Both the position numbers and the translations under genes were made by a program. The notes beneath the pieces are model-generated. The model saw only the letters and a program-made list of their open reading frames with translations. It did no database searches and was not told the DNA's origin. 64,000 nucleotides of DNA, from the NCBI GenBank assembly GCA_963737655.1, contig CAVTTN010000002.1, positions 800,001-864,000 of the forward strand. Reading direction: 5' to 3'. The first letter of the stretch is position 1; each line of letters starts with the position of its first letter. Source of the DNA: an uncultured Planctomycetota bacterium. GTDB lineage: Bacteria; Planctomycetota; Planctomycetia; Isosphaerales; Isosphaeraceae. Shown here one piece after another: positions 19,741 to 30,858 of the stretch.

Positions 19741-19841
19741 GGTTAACATCGCGCTGCAGAGGACCCCGCACCGCCGCGGCGCTCACCGTGCTATCCTCGC
19801 CGTCTCGGCGGATTCGGGTCCGCTGAGCTTGGTCGTTAGGC
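19741..19841 (+). other. Integron attC recombination site (solo)
   Basis: R'' GGTTAAC, 5-nt spacer, L'' GCTGCAG(AGGAC) with an extra G against L' (GTCCG)CTGAGC, 6-nt spacer, R' GTTAGGC; paired central stem. Confidence 0.8.
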
Positions 19842-19862
19842 GGCATGCGTGGAGGACCGGCG

Positions 19863-20318
19863 ATGCCGCGAGTCCGGTTCACGATGCGTGCGACGTTGGT
19901 TGGCGTGGCGCTCGCCGGCGCCGTCATCGGCGGCGTACTGAGGGCGGGAGCCGGAAGTCGGGGGCCGCTGGCCCTCTCCCACAGTGGTTCTCTCCGGCGG
20001 GTCGTCGAACCGATCACGATCGTCCATTTCGAGTACTACCGCGATGGCGGCAGCATCGGCCTGGCGTTCGACGACGCCAAGGGCGTGCGGAGGTTCGCCT
20101 GCCTGGAGTCGGACATGTTCGGGGGCTCCGCCGGATCGGGGCACCTCGATCTCGACTCGATCGAGCCCGCCAGGGGCGTTCAGGTCCCGTTCTCGGGCGT
20201 CGACGAGCGGGCATTCCTCGGGCTCCTGGAGCGATGGTCTGCCGCAAAGGGTGCGGTCTTGAGTCTGCCGGACAAGTATGCGTTGGCCGTCTTGAAACGG
20301 CTTCGCCTCAGAAATTGA
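19863..20318 (+). CDS. Hypothetical protein directly after attC (cassette-like)
   Basis: GGAGGA RBS; N-terminal 'RFTMRATLVGVALAGAVIG' hydrophobic segment. Confidence 0.65.
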   Translation: MPRVRFTMRATLVGVALAGAVIGGVLRAGAGSRGPLALSHSGSLRRVVEPITIVHFEYYRDGGSIGLAFDDAKGVRRFACLESDMFGGSAGSGHLDLDSIEPARGVQVPFSGVDERAFLGLLERWSAAKGAVLSLPDKYALAVLKRLRLRN

Positions 20319-20862
20319 TCGAACGGACGGTGGCATCCCTCCCTCTTGCCAGCGGGTGCGGCCAGGTCCGTGCGGGTCGCGTCCCGCCCTGGGCTCCTCG
20401 GCGTGCTCGACGCGCCGGAGTCGCGCTGAAGGCCGCCCAACCTCGCGCGGCTGCGGAACCGGCCCGCCTCGGCGGCTTCCGGTCGAATCGAAGGTCACAC
20501 TCGGCGGGCCGGTCCGCTGAGCTTTGGCGCCAGGCGTCGCAGAGGGCGACCGCGTGGGGAACGTCCATCGCAAGACCACCCGCGACGAGATGGCCCACGC
20601 CCGCTTGGGCGAGCTCGGTGACGAGCTCGGAATTTCGTGGCCTTGCGACCCCGTCGGGAGTAGGATGCGATTCGGAGCCTGACCCGGGCGGGCGGGCGGA
20701 ACGGATCGGCCACGACGGCGATGCTCACCTCCGTCCCTGCCCATCGCGGAAGGCCCCGGGTCGGGTTCGGCATCACGCCCGCGTGGGGCGACCGAAACAA
20801 AGAATTGTTTGATCTTTTGTCGTCGCCTACGCCGCGATCCTGGGCCGCCGGAGTCATCGGTC

Positions 20863-21837
20863 ATGAAGGTTCTTGCCGCGTTGCTGGGGACGCTGGCGCT
20901 GGCCGCGACCCTGAGCCTGGTCACGGCCCAGGACCGGCCGGCCCGGGAGCCCGAGGGGGCACCGGGCGATCAGCCCGAGGCGTCCAGGGAGCGGGAAGCC
21001 GACGTCCGGGCCCTCACCGACCTCCTCAACTCGTTCGTCAAGGCCTACAACGCGAGGGACGCCAAAGCGATCGGAGACCTGTTCACGCCGGACGCCGAGA
21101 TCGAGGGGGAGGGCGGCAAGATCACTCGCGGGCGCGACGCCATCGTCAAGCGATTCACGGAGGATCTGGCGGACGAAGACCCCGGCACGCTCTCGGTGAA
21201 CACCGAATCTCTCCGATTCCTCGGGGCCGACCTGGCGATCGAGGAGGGCACGGCGACGCTCTCGACCGGACCGGATGGCACGCCGCGGACGAACCGCTAC
21301 AGCGTGATCTACGCGCGTCAGGGCGGCCGCTGGCTGCATGCCCGGATCCGGGACGAACCCTCCGAGGACGTCACCCCGCACGACCGGCTCCTCGAGTTCG
21401 AATGGATGCTCGGCGACTGGGTCAATGAGAGCGACGACGGGGTCGTGTTCACGACCTGCAAGTGGGCCGACAACGCCAACTTCCTCCTCCGGGAGTTCAC
21501 GCTGAAGGTCGAGGGCCGGATCGCACTCAGCGGAACTCAGCGGATCGGGTGGGACGCGCAGCGGAAGCAGTTCCGCACGTGGGTCTTCGACGACGGCGGC
21601 GGGTTCGCCGAGGGGATCGTCACGCGAGACGGCGATCGCTGGATCGTCCAGGGCTCGGGCGTCCGGTCGGACGGGGAGACCGTGTCGTACATCAACGCGA
21701 TTACCCCCCTCGGCAAGGACCGGATCCGCTGGGAGATCCTCGAACGGATCGTCGGCGGCGAGACGAAGCCGAACACCGATCGTTTCGAACTCGTCCGTCG
21801 GCCGCCCGACCCGGCGCAGCCCGACCCGAAGAAGTAA
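20863..21837 (+). CDS. Secreted SnoaL-like/DUF4440 (NTF2-fold) protein
   Basis: Signal peptide; 'FVKAYNARDAKAIGDLFTPDAE..GRDAI..F', 'AIEEG', 'LEWMLGDW'-like second domain. Confidence 0.85.
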   Translation: MKVLAALLGTLALAATLSLVTAQDRPAREPEGAPGDQPEASREREADVRALTDLLNSFVKAYNARDAKAIGDLFTPDAEIEGEGGKITRGRDAIVKRFTEDLADEDPGTLSVNTESLRFLGADLAIEEGTATLSTGPDGTPRTNRYSVIYARQGGRWLHARIRDEPSEDVTPHDRLLEFEWMLGDWVNESDDGVVFTTCKWADNANFLLREFTLKVEGRIALSGTQRIGWDAQRKQFRTWVFDDGGGFAEGIVTRDGDRWIVQGSGVRSDGETVSYINAITPLGKDRIRWEILERIVGGETKPNTDRFELVRRPPDPAQPDPKK

Positions 21838-21900
21838 GCGTTACGGGAGCGTGGCATCGGCCGTCTCCGGACCCCACCGCGAACGCCCCGGAGGGGCATC

Positions 21901-23916
21901 ATGGCACCCAGGCTCGGTAAGCGTCTCCTGATCTTCGCCCTGGCGTTCACCCTCCTGAGCTCCGCGGCCTCCGCCCAGCGCGGAGGGCGAGGCGGAGGCG
22001 GTGGCCGCGCCGGCGGCGGGGGCGCTCGCGGCGGAGGAGGAGGAGGCGGGGGGATGCCTCGCGGCGGCGGTGGCGGTGGCGGGGGAATGCCTCGCGGCGG
22101 AGGAGGCGGCGGGGACTTTTCCCGGAGTCCTGGGATCAGCAGCCCCCGGCCGGCGCAGATGCCCGCTCGTCCCGGCGGTGCCAGCGGCCGACCCTCGACG
22201 CTTCCCTCCGGTCCTGGCGCCGGCAGCCGACCGGGCGCCGGCAACCGCCCGGGAGGCGTGGGCGGTGCAGGAGGCGTCGGCGGTGCAGGAGGCGTCGGCG
22301 GTGCAGGAGGCGTCGGCGGTGCAGGAGGCGTGGGCAATCGGCCCGGTGGGGCCGGCGGTCCAGGAGGAAACCGCCCCGGCATCGATAACCGACCGGGCGG
22401 CGGCGGCGTCAACAATCGCCCAGGGATCGACAACCGACCGGGAACCGATAACCGACCGGGTGGCGCCGGCAATCGCCCCGGCATCGACAATCGCCCAGGG
22501 GTCGGCGGCGCCGGCAATCGCCCCGGTATCGACAACCGACCCGGTATCGACAACCGACCCGGTATCGACAACCGACCCGGTATCGACAACCGACCCGGTA
22601 TCGACAACCGTCCGGGCGTCGGCGTCGGCGTCGGGGGCAATCGCACGGGCATCAACAATCAGCCGATCCGCGGGAACAACATCGCGAGCGGCAACACGAT
22701 CAATCGGGGCAACGTCAACGTCGGGGGCATCCGCCAGAACAACGTGGCCGGCATCGGCGTCGATCCGGGATACGGGGTCCGCCCGCCCGCGTACAACAAC
22801 TGGCGGGGTGCCTACTGGGGCTATCACCAGGGCTGGGCGAACGGCTACTGGCACGGCTACCACGACAACAACGCCTGGGGTTGGGGCCGGTTTGCGACCG
22901 GGGCGGCGCTCGGCGTGACGGCCTGGGGCCTCGGCTCGTCGTATTACAACTGGGGATACGCCAGCTACGCCAACCCGTACTACGGCGGGGTCGCCGTGGC
23001 GGAGCCGATCGTGATCCAGCAGACGATCGTCGGGGGCCAGCCCCAGACGGTGAGCGTCCCCGCGCTTCCCTACGACTACGGCCAGCCGATCAACACGGAG
23101 GCCGCCCCGCCGGCCGCGGAGGTCGCCGACCCCGCCCTCGCGAAGTTCGACGAGGCCCGGACGGCCTTCGGGTCGGGCGATTACGCCGGCGCCCTGCGCC
23201 TGACCGACGAGGCGCTGAAGGTCCTGCCGAACGACGCCACCCTCCACGAGTTCCGGGCCCTGGTGTTGTTCGCGGTCGGGAAGTACGACCTCGCCGCCGG
23301 CCCGCTCTACGCCATCCTGTCGGTCGGACCCGGCTGGGACTGGACGACGATGGCCGGCCTCTATCCCGACATCGACGTGTACACGGCCCAGCTCCGCAAG
23401 TTGGAGGCGGCCGTCCGCGCCAACCCGCCTTCGACGTCCGCCCAGTTCGTCCTGGCCTATCACTACCTGACGGCGTCCCACATCGACTCCGCCGTGGCCC
23501 AGCTCAAGCAGATCGTGGCCCGGGCGCCCGACGACAAGCTCTCGGCCCAGCTCATCGAGCAGTTCAGCAAGCCGGGCCCGGAGACCGACGCGCCGGCGCC
23601 CCCGCCCGCTCCGGTGGCGGAGCAACCGGCCAGGACCGGCACGCTGCCCGGCAAATGGTCGGCGAGCCCGACCAAGGACACGACGATCCGACTGGAGGTC
23701 GGGGACGACGGGGCCTTCCGCTGGATCGTCGAGGCCAAGGGCAAGACGCAGGAGCTCTCGGGGAAGTGGTCGCTCGCCGACGACCTGCTCACGCTCAACC
23801 AGTCCGGCCAGGGCGGCGCCCTGATCGGCCGCGTCGCCTGGCTGGCCGATGACCGGTGGAATTTCCGCGTCATGGGGACCGGGGCGGACGACCCCGGGCT
23901 GACCTTCGCCCGCTGA
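21901..23916 (+). CDS. Secreted Gly/Arg/Pro-rich repeat protein with TPR-like domain (planctomycete surface-protein type)
   Basis: Signal peptide; GGVGGA and PGIDNR repeats; W/Y-rich segment; TPR-like 'ARTAF.SGDY..AL..PNDATLHEFRAL.LFA.GKY'. Confidence 0.85.
   Translation: MAPRLGKRLLIFALAFTLLSSAASAQRGGRGGGGGRAGGGGARGGGGGGGGMPRGGGGGGGGMPRGGGGGGDFSRSPGISSPRPAQMPARPGGASGRPSTLPSGPGAGSRPGAGNRPGGVGGAGGVGGAGGVGGAGGVGGAGGVGNRPGGAGGPGGNRPGIDNRPGGGGVNNRPGIDNRPGTDNRPGGAGNRPGIDNRPGVGGAGNRPGIDNRPGIDNRPGIDNRPGIDNRPGIDNRPGVGVGVGGNRTGINNQPIRGNNIASGNTINRGNVNVGGIRQNNVAGIGVDPGYGVRPPAYNNWRGAYWGYHQGWANGYWHGYHDNNAWGWGRFATGAALGVTAWGLGSSYYNWGYASYANPYYGGVAVAEPIVIQQTIVGGQPQTVSVPALPYDYGQPINTEAAPPAAEVADPALAKFDEARTAFGSGDYAGALRLTDEALKVLPNDATLHEFRALVLFAVGKYDLAAGPLYAILSVGPGWDWTTMAGLYPDIDVYTAQLRKLEAAVRANPPSTSAQFVLAYHYLTASHIDSAVAQLKQIVARAPDDKLSAQLIEQFSKPGPETDAPAPPPAPVAEQPARTGTLPGKWSASPTKDTTIRLEVGDDGAFRWIVEAKGKTQELSGKWSLADDLLTLNQSGQGGALIGRVAWLADDRWNFRVMGTGADDPGLTFAR
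22252..22335 (+). repeat. Coding tandem repeat, 18 bp x ~4.6 (GGVGGA)
   Basis: GGAGGCGT(C/G)GGCGGTGCA units. Confidence 0.9.
22522..22611 (+). repeat. Coding tandem repeat, 18 bp x 5 (PGIDNR)
   Basis: CCCGGTATCGACAACCGA x4 plus one copy with a single mismatch. Confidence 0.95.
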
Positions 23917-23986
23917 GGCCCGGCGCCCGCCAGCGGGGGGAAGTCCAGTTGAGATCCTGGCGTGAACCGAGGGCGCACCGCCGGTC

Positions 23987-24892
23987 CTACTCGGACAGGA
24001 GCCGTTGCTTCGCCTCGGCCAAGGCCGAGCGCTGCACGTCGGTCACCTCGGGGTATCTCAGGTCGAGCGACCGCAGAGTGGTGGTGATCACGTCGGCGAC
24101 GACGGCCCTGGCGACCCACTTGTGATCGGCCGGGATGACGTACCAGGGGGCCCACCTGGTGCTCGTGGCCGACAGGCAATCCGAATACGCCTTCATGTAC
24201 TGGCCCCAGTGGGCCCGCTCTTCGAGGTCGGCCGCGGAGAACTTCCAGTGCTTGTCCGGCCGGTCGAGCCGGTCGAGGAACCGTCGCTTCTGCTCGCCCT
24301 TCGAGACGTTGAGGAAGAACTTGAGGATGACCGTTCCGTTGCGGACCAGGTGGCGCTCGAACGCGTTGATGTCCTGGTATCGCCTCCTCCAGAGCTTCTT
24401 CCTGGCCGTCGCGTCCGGCAGCCTCTGCGCGGCGAGCAACTCGGGGTGGACCTTGACCACGAGGACATCCTCGAAGTACGACCGGTTGAAGATGCCGATC
24501 CGCCCCCGCTCGGGCAGGCACCGCACGTATCTCCAGAGGAAGTCGTGGTCGAGCTCCTCGGCCGAGGGCTTCTTGAAGCTGAAGACCTGGCAGCCCTGGG
24601 GGTTGACGCCGGACATCACGTGCTTGATCGTGCCGTCCTTGCCGGCCGCGTCCATCGCCTGGAAGACGACGAGCAGCGCATACCGGTCGTCGGCGTAGAG
24701 CAGGTCCTGGGCCTCGGCCAGGTCGGCGAGGTTCTGGTCGAGGATCTGCCTGGCCCGTTCCTTCAGGGCGTCCTTGCCGAGCTCCTCCATCTCCTTCGTT
24801 TGGGCCCAGCCGGGGTTGTGGTCCTTGAGCCTCACGGCCTCGCCCGGGGGGACCCGGAAGCGGTCGACGATGTCCTTTGCAATCACGCGCAA
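23987..24892 (-). CDS. ppk2: Polyphosphate kinase 2 family (class III-like)
   Basis: QAMDAAGKDGTIKHV, FKKPS.EE.DHDFLWR, FNRSY.E.VL, WKFS..D, APWYVIPAD.KW. Confidence 0.93.
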   Translation of the reverse strand: MRVIAKDIVDRFRVPPGEAVRLKDHNPGWAQTKEMEELGKDALKERARQILDQNLADLAEAQDLLYADDRYALLVVFQAMDAAGKDGTIKHVMSGVNPQGCQVFSFKKPSAEELDHDFLWRYVRCLPERGRIGIFNRSYFEDVLVVKVHPELLAAQRLPDATARKKLWRRRYQDINAFERHLVRNGTVILKFFLNVSKGEQKRRFLDRLDRPDKHWKFSAADLEERAHWGQYMKAYSDCLSATSTRWAPWYVIPADHKWVARAVVADVITTTLRSLDLRYPEVTDVQRSALAEAKQRLLSE

Positions 24893-24934
24893 CCTCCTGA
24901 AACATCTGGCGCGGGGTGAGGTGCCGACTTCGGA

Positions 24935-27900
24935 TCAGGGGCCGCCGAGTTCGGCGGCGTCGGGCACGGGGGAGCCGACGTCGGCGGGATGCCCGTTGCC
25001 GTCCGGCGGTCCTGCGGGGCCGGGCGGGGCCTGGTGGGGCCTGGAGCCTCTCAGGCGCTCGCCCAGGACGTAGTAGATCGGGATCACGAACCGGCCGAGG
25101 ACGGTGCTGACTCCGATCCCGAAGGCGATGACGATCCCCAGCGAGTTGCGGCTGTAGGCCCCGGCGCCGGTGGCCCGGGCCATCGGCAGGACGCCGAAGA
25201 CGAAGGCGAACGACGTCATCAGGATCGGACGGAGCCGCTGGCGGGACGCCTCCTTGGCCGACTCGACGATCCCCATCCCGTGCTTCTCCATCAGCTCGAC
25301 GCCGAACTCGACGATCAGGATGGCGTTCTTCGTCTCCAGGCCGATCAGCATCACCAGGCCGATCTGGCCGAACACGTCCAGCGGAATGTCGTAGAGCCAG
25401 AGGCCGACCATGGCGCCGAAGGTGGCCAGCGGGACCGTCAGGATGATGACCAGCGGCCGGATCCAGCTCTCGTACAAGGCCGCCATGAACAGGAAGACGC
25501 AGAGGATCGACAGGGCGAAGACGTAGGTGGCCATGCTGCCGGTCTTCTGCTCCTGGTAGGTCGTGCCGGTCCATTCGTAGCCGAATCCCTCGGGCAGCAC
25601 CTCGGCGGCCACCTCCTGCATCGCGGCGATCGCCTGGCCCGAGCTGTACCCCGGCGCCGGCTGGCCGGTGATTCTCGCGGCCGTATACATGTTGTAATGC
25701 GGCACGTCGATCGGCCCGAGCGCATTCTTGACCTGGCCCAGCGCGCTGAGCGGGACGCGGTCGCCCAGTCGGTTCAAAACATAGAGTCGGCCGACGTCAT
25801 CGGGCCGATATCGATCGCGGCTCTCGGCCTGGACCATGACTTTCCAGGTCTTGCCGTAGAGGTTGAAGTCGTTGACGTAGTAGGCGCCGAGGTTGGTCTG
25901 GAGGACGCTGAAGACGTCCGAGACCGACACGTCGAGGCGCCGGGCCTTGACCCGGTCGATGTCGAAACGGAGCTGCGGGACCTTGGCGGTGAAGGTCGTG
26001 AAGACGCCCGCCAGCTCGGGGCGCTTCCGGGCCTCGTCCAGGAACCGATCGGCGACGGATGCGGTCGCCGCGACCCCCTTGCCCTCGCGGTCCTCGATCA
26101 TGAAATCGAACCCGCCGGTCGAGCTGAGGCCCTGGATCGGCGGCGGCTGGAGGACGGCCGCCCTCGCCTCGACGACCTCCGCGGAGAGTTGGCGCTGGAG
26201 TTCGACGGACAGGCCCGCGGCGCGCAGGCCCGGCGAGGTCCGATGTTCCCATCCCTCGAGGATCACGAACGCGGTGGCCGTGTTGGTCTGGTTGATCGAC
26301 GTGATCGCGTTGTAGCCGTCGAGGAGCAGCACGTCCTTGACGCCGTGCAGCTTGCCCGCGATCTCGCCGACGCGCCTGGCGGCGCGGGTGGTGGGCTCGC
26401 GCGTCGTGCCGTCGGGCGTCTGCACCACGACGATCAGGTAGCCCTGGTCCTCGGTCGGGATGAAGGCCTTCGGCCTCTGATAGATCAGCCAGCCGGTGAG
26501 CGTGAGCAGGCCGAGCGAGGGCACGACGATCAACGGCCAGCGCCGGGCCCCGAAGTCCAGGAACGAGTCGTACGAATCCTCGACCCACTTGAGCCCGCGG
26601 TTGAACCAGACGAACGGCGGGAACTTCGTCTCGCCGTGCTTGGGCTTCAGGAGCAGCCGGGCGATCGCCGGCGTGAAGGTCAGCGAGTTGAACGCCGAGA
26701 ACAGGAAGGAGAAGACGATCGTCAGCGCGAACTGGTTGTAGAGCCGACCCGTCAGCCCCGGGATGAAGGCCACCGGGACGAACACCGCGGCGAGCACCAG
26801 GCCGATCGTCACGATCGGCGCCGTGATCTCGGCCATCGCCGCCTTCGTCGCCTCCAGGGGATTCAGGCCGCGCTCGAGGAACTTCTCGATGTTCTCCACG
26901 ACGATGATCGCGTCGTCCACGACCAGGCCGATCGCCAGGACGAGCCCGCACATGGTCAGCGTGTTGATCGAGAACCCGAACGCCGCCATCATCGCGAACG
27001 TCGCCACGAGCGAGACCGGGATGGCGATCATCGGGATGGCCGTCGCCCGGACCCCCTGGAGGAAGATGAACACGACGATCAGCACGAGGATGAACGCCTC
27101 GAACAGCGTGTCCTTCACCTCGGTGATGTTCTCGCGGACATATTTAGTCGTGTCGTAGGCGACCCGGTATTCCAGGCCCTCCGGGAAGTTCTTCGCGACG
27201 CGATCCATCTCGGCGCGGACCTGGGCGACGATGTCCAGCGCGTTGGCGTCGGCCAGTTGGTAGATCGGCACGGTGCCGGCGGGCTTGCCGTTGAGCCAGC
27301 CGGCCGTCTCGTAATTCTCCGAGTCGAGCTGGACGCGGGCGACGTCGGAGAGGTAGACGATCGAGCCGTCGTCGTTGCGGCGGACGACGATCTTGCGGAA
27401 TTCCTCGGCCTGCGACAGCCTCCCCTTCGAGGTGATCGGATACTCGAACCTCTGGCCGGCCGGCGCCGGCGAGGCGCCGATCTTGCCCGAGGCGGACTGC
27501 TTGTTCTCCTGCTCGATCGCCTGGATGACCAGGGAGGGCGAGATGCGCTGATTGGCCATGCGGTCGGGATCGAGCCACACCCGCATGGCGTACTTGCGGC
27601 CGAAGGGGTTGACGTCGCTCACGCCCGGGATGCGCTTGAGGGCATCGACGACGTTGATTTGAGCATAATTATCGAGGAATGTGGCGTCGAACCGGCCGTC
27701 GGGGGAGACGAGATTGACGACGCAGACCATGTTGGTCGAGGTCTTCTTGACCGTCACGCCGTACTGCTTGACCTCGGGCGGCAGGCTGGTCTGGGCCGTC
27801 GAGACCTTGTTCTGGATGTCGACGGCGGCGATATCCTGGTCGTAGCCGACGTCGAAGGTCGCGATGACGTTCGAGAGTCCATTGGACGTGCTGTCCGAGT

Positions 27901-28136
27901 TGAAGTAGATCTGCCCCTTCACGCCGTTGATCTGCTGCTCGATCGGGGTCGTCACGGTGTCGGCGACCGTCTGGGCATCGGCGCCGGTGTAGGTCGTGGT
28001 GACCTGGACCTGGGGCGGGACGATGTCAGGGTACAGCGAGATCGGCAGGATCAGGACGCAGATGCCGCCGACGAGCAGCATCAGGAGCGCCGATGACCGT
28101 GGCGAAGATCGGTCGGCCGATGAAGAAGTTGACCAT
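24935..28136 (-). CDS. RND efflux permease (HAE1/AcrB-like); +1 frameshift near 28091
   Basis: MVNFFIGRPIFATVI at 28136 joins 'LLMLLVGG..YPDIVPPQV'; GLVVDDAIIVVEN, KNAILIVEF, RLRPILMTS. Confidence 0.93.
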
Positions 28137-28197
28137 GTCTGGTTCCGCTCGGGTGATCCGGGTCGACTTCGATGGGGCAGTTCGGGCGCCTGGCGCG

Positions 28198-29593
28198 TCA
28201 GTCCTTCGCCTTCGGCGCGGTCGATGCGGAGGCCGCCGATTTCGGGGCGTCCTGGGCCGCGCCGCCCGCGATCGGGACGAGGTCGGCGGGCGCGGGCTGG
28301 GTCTTGACCGTCATCCCGCCGCGGACCATTTGCAGCCCCTCGACGATCACTCTCTGGCCGGGCTTGAGGCCCGATTCGAGCACGCGGAGTCCCTCGTGGA
28401 CGAAGCTCGCCCGGACGGGGACGACCGCCACCTTACCCTGGGCGTCGACCGTGAAGACCGTGGGGCCGGCCTGCGACTCCACGACCGCCTGCTCGGGGAC
28501 GACGACCGCATCCTTGACCTCGCCGACCTTCGCGCTCGCCTTCACGTACTCCCCGGGCAGGAGCGCCTTGTCGGCGTTGGCGACCTCGGCGCGGATCAGG
28601 AACGTCGAGGTGGAGGGATCGATCGCGTTGTCGATCGTCGTCGCCTTGCCGGGGGACCGCCGTTCCTGCTCGCCCTCCAGCCCCGGCCGGAAGACCTCGA
28701 TCGCGACCCCCTTGCCGATCAGCGAGGTCACGCGGTCGAGGTAGCGCGAGGCGACCGGGATGTCGACGCCCATCGGGTCGAGCTGCCGGACGATCGCGAG
28801 TCTCCGTATATTGCTGCCCCCCGAGCGCGGCCGAGACCGGCCCGCCTTCCGGCGTCCCGACCAGGTTCCCGAGCTTGACCTTGGCGAACCCGATCCGGCC
28901 GTCGATCGGCGAGAACATCCGGCAATAGCTCAGGTCGATCTCCGCCTGGCTGAGCGTGGCCTTCGCCGCCGAGACGTCCGCCTCGGCCGTGAGGATGTTC
29001 GTGTCGTAATCGGCCTTCGCCTGATCCAGCGCCGCCTTGTCGGCCTCGACCTGGGCCTCGCTCCGTTTCCGGGCCGCGCCGGAGCGATCGACGTCTTCCT
29101 GGGAGGCCGCGTTCCGGCCGCGGAGCGCGATCTGGCGAGATTCCTCGATCCTGCTCAGGGAGTACACCGCCTGATCGAGCGCGAGCTGCGCCACGGCGAT
29201 CTCCCTCGCCCGCGAGTCCTTCGCCTTCCTGAGGGTCGCCTCGGCCGCCTCGAGCCGGGCGCGGTACTCCCCGACCTTGGCCTTGAAGGGCTCCTCGTCG
29301 ATGACATAGAGGAGCTGGCCCGCCTTGACGTCGCCGCCCTCGGTGAAGTGGATCTCCTTGAGGAACCCGCGGACGCGGGCCCGAATCGAGACTTCCTGGA
29401 GGGCGCGCGTGGTCCCGATCGGCTCCGCCATGATCGGCACGGTCATCGTCCTCGCCTCGACGACCGAGACGAGTGGTGGCGGCGGGACCCGACCCGTCTC
29501 CGCCTTCGAGGTGCAGCCGGCGACCGCTGCCGAGGCGCAAATCGCGGAGGCGATCGCGAGGCGAGTTCTCGATGTGGACCGTTCGATAGTCAT
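28198..29593 (-). CDS. RND membrane fusion lipoprotein (AcrA-like); +1 frameshift near 28801
   Basis: Lipobox VAGC, IRARVRGFL..F.EG..VKAGQLLY.ID, SPIDGRIG; then QLDPMGVD..LLPGEYV..GLKPG in the second frame. Confidence 0.9.
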
Positions 29594-29664
29594 AGGCTGT
29601 CTCCTCGTCGGGCCAGAGAGCGGGCTTCGCTCGGGCCTCGGCCTGTCGTGACGTCGTCGCGAGA

Positions 29665-30830
29665 TCACGGTCGTTTCGGTCCTTCCCGGCCGGATCGTCC
29701 GCCGGCCGGGCCGCCGTCCCCCTCGGCCATCAGGGCGGCGAGGGGGCGGGTGTAATCCATGTTCTCCCAGATGATCTTCAGCATCGCCGTGAGAGGGACT
29801 GCCAGCAGCAGGCCGGTCAGGCCCCAGCAGAGGCCCCAGAACGCCAGGCAGAGCATCGTCACCAGCGGGCTGAGGTCGACGGCGCGGCCCATCAGAATCG
29901 GCTCGAGGATCGAGCCGGTGAGCGCCTGGATCGCCAGCAGGATCACCGTCAGCGCGCAGGGCTTCCAGAGCGGATCGAGGTCGATGAACGCCAGCAGCAG
30001 CGGGAACCCGACGGCCACGAGGCTGCCGAAATACGGCACGAAGTTCCCGAAGAAGACCAGGACGCCCCACAGGACCGGATGGCGGACGCCAAACGCCCAG
30101 AGCGCGAGCGACGAAGGGATCGCGGCCGCGAGGCTCGCCATCGTCTTCGCCCGCAAGTAATGCATGATCGCCGCGTTGACCCGGGCGACGACGCCCATGA
30201 CCTCCTCGGCTCGATCCGGCGCGAACCCCGAGCGGATCCGACCCGGGAACCGGCGCAGATCGAGCAGGAGGAAGATCAGGTAGATCCCGACCAGGAACGC
30301 CTCGCCCAGCATCGAGGCGCCCCCGGAGAGCAGGGGCGCATCGCCCCTCGCACCGCGTTCCAGGCTTCCGAGTCGGTAAACTCGACGGCCCGGTTCCCAT
30401 CGATCAGCCATCGCGGGGCGTGAGAGCGGCCGTACTCCCTGGCCTGGGCGACGATCCCCCTCGTTCGCTCGATCAGCCTGGGGAGGTCGTCATTCAGCTC
30501 CACCATCCCGCCGAAGGCGATCATGGCGACCCCCCAGAACAGGGCGAGCGTCGCGGCGAGGATCACGACGGCCGAGGCCTTCGAGGTGATCCGGCGGCGG
30601 AGCCACTGGTGGATCGGCACGACCAGATAGGCCAGGAAAACCGCCAGGACGAACGGCCTCAGGAGCGCCCCGAACTCCTTGAGCAAGAACCAGGATGCCG
30701 ACGCGGCGACCAGGCCGGCCGTCAGAGCGTACAGAGAGGAGGCATCTCCGCGAGGTCGGCCGTCGCGCGCGAGGGCGTCACGCGGCAGGGCTTCGGTCAC
30801 GGAAATCGGCTCGGAGGGGGTCATCGTCAT
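29665..30830 (-). CDS. AI-2E family transporter; frameshift near 30340
   Basis: 'PFVLAVFLAYLVVP' in the first frame; 'NFVPYFG', 'LEPILMG..LSP', 'WG.TGLLLAVP' in the second. Confidence 0.88.
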
Positions 30831-30858
30831 CTCTCGATCGCAGGATCAGGCCGCGGGC

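Noticed and set aside
20795..20810. AAACAA-N4-TTGTTT palindrome upstream of the SnoaL gene
   Set aside because: A plausible operator, but only 6-bp arms, a single occurrence and no linked regulator.
22522..22611. CRISPR-like array
   Set aside because: Contiguous 18-bp units with no spacers, in frame within a CDS; no cas genes in the window.
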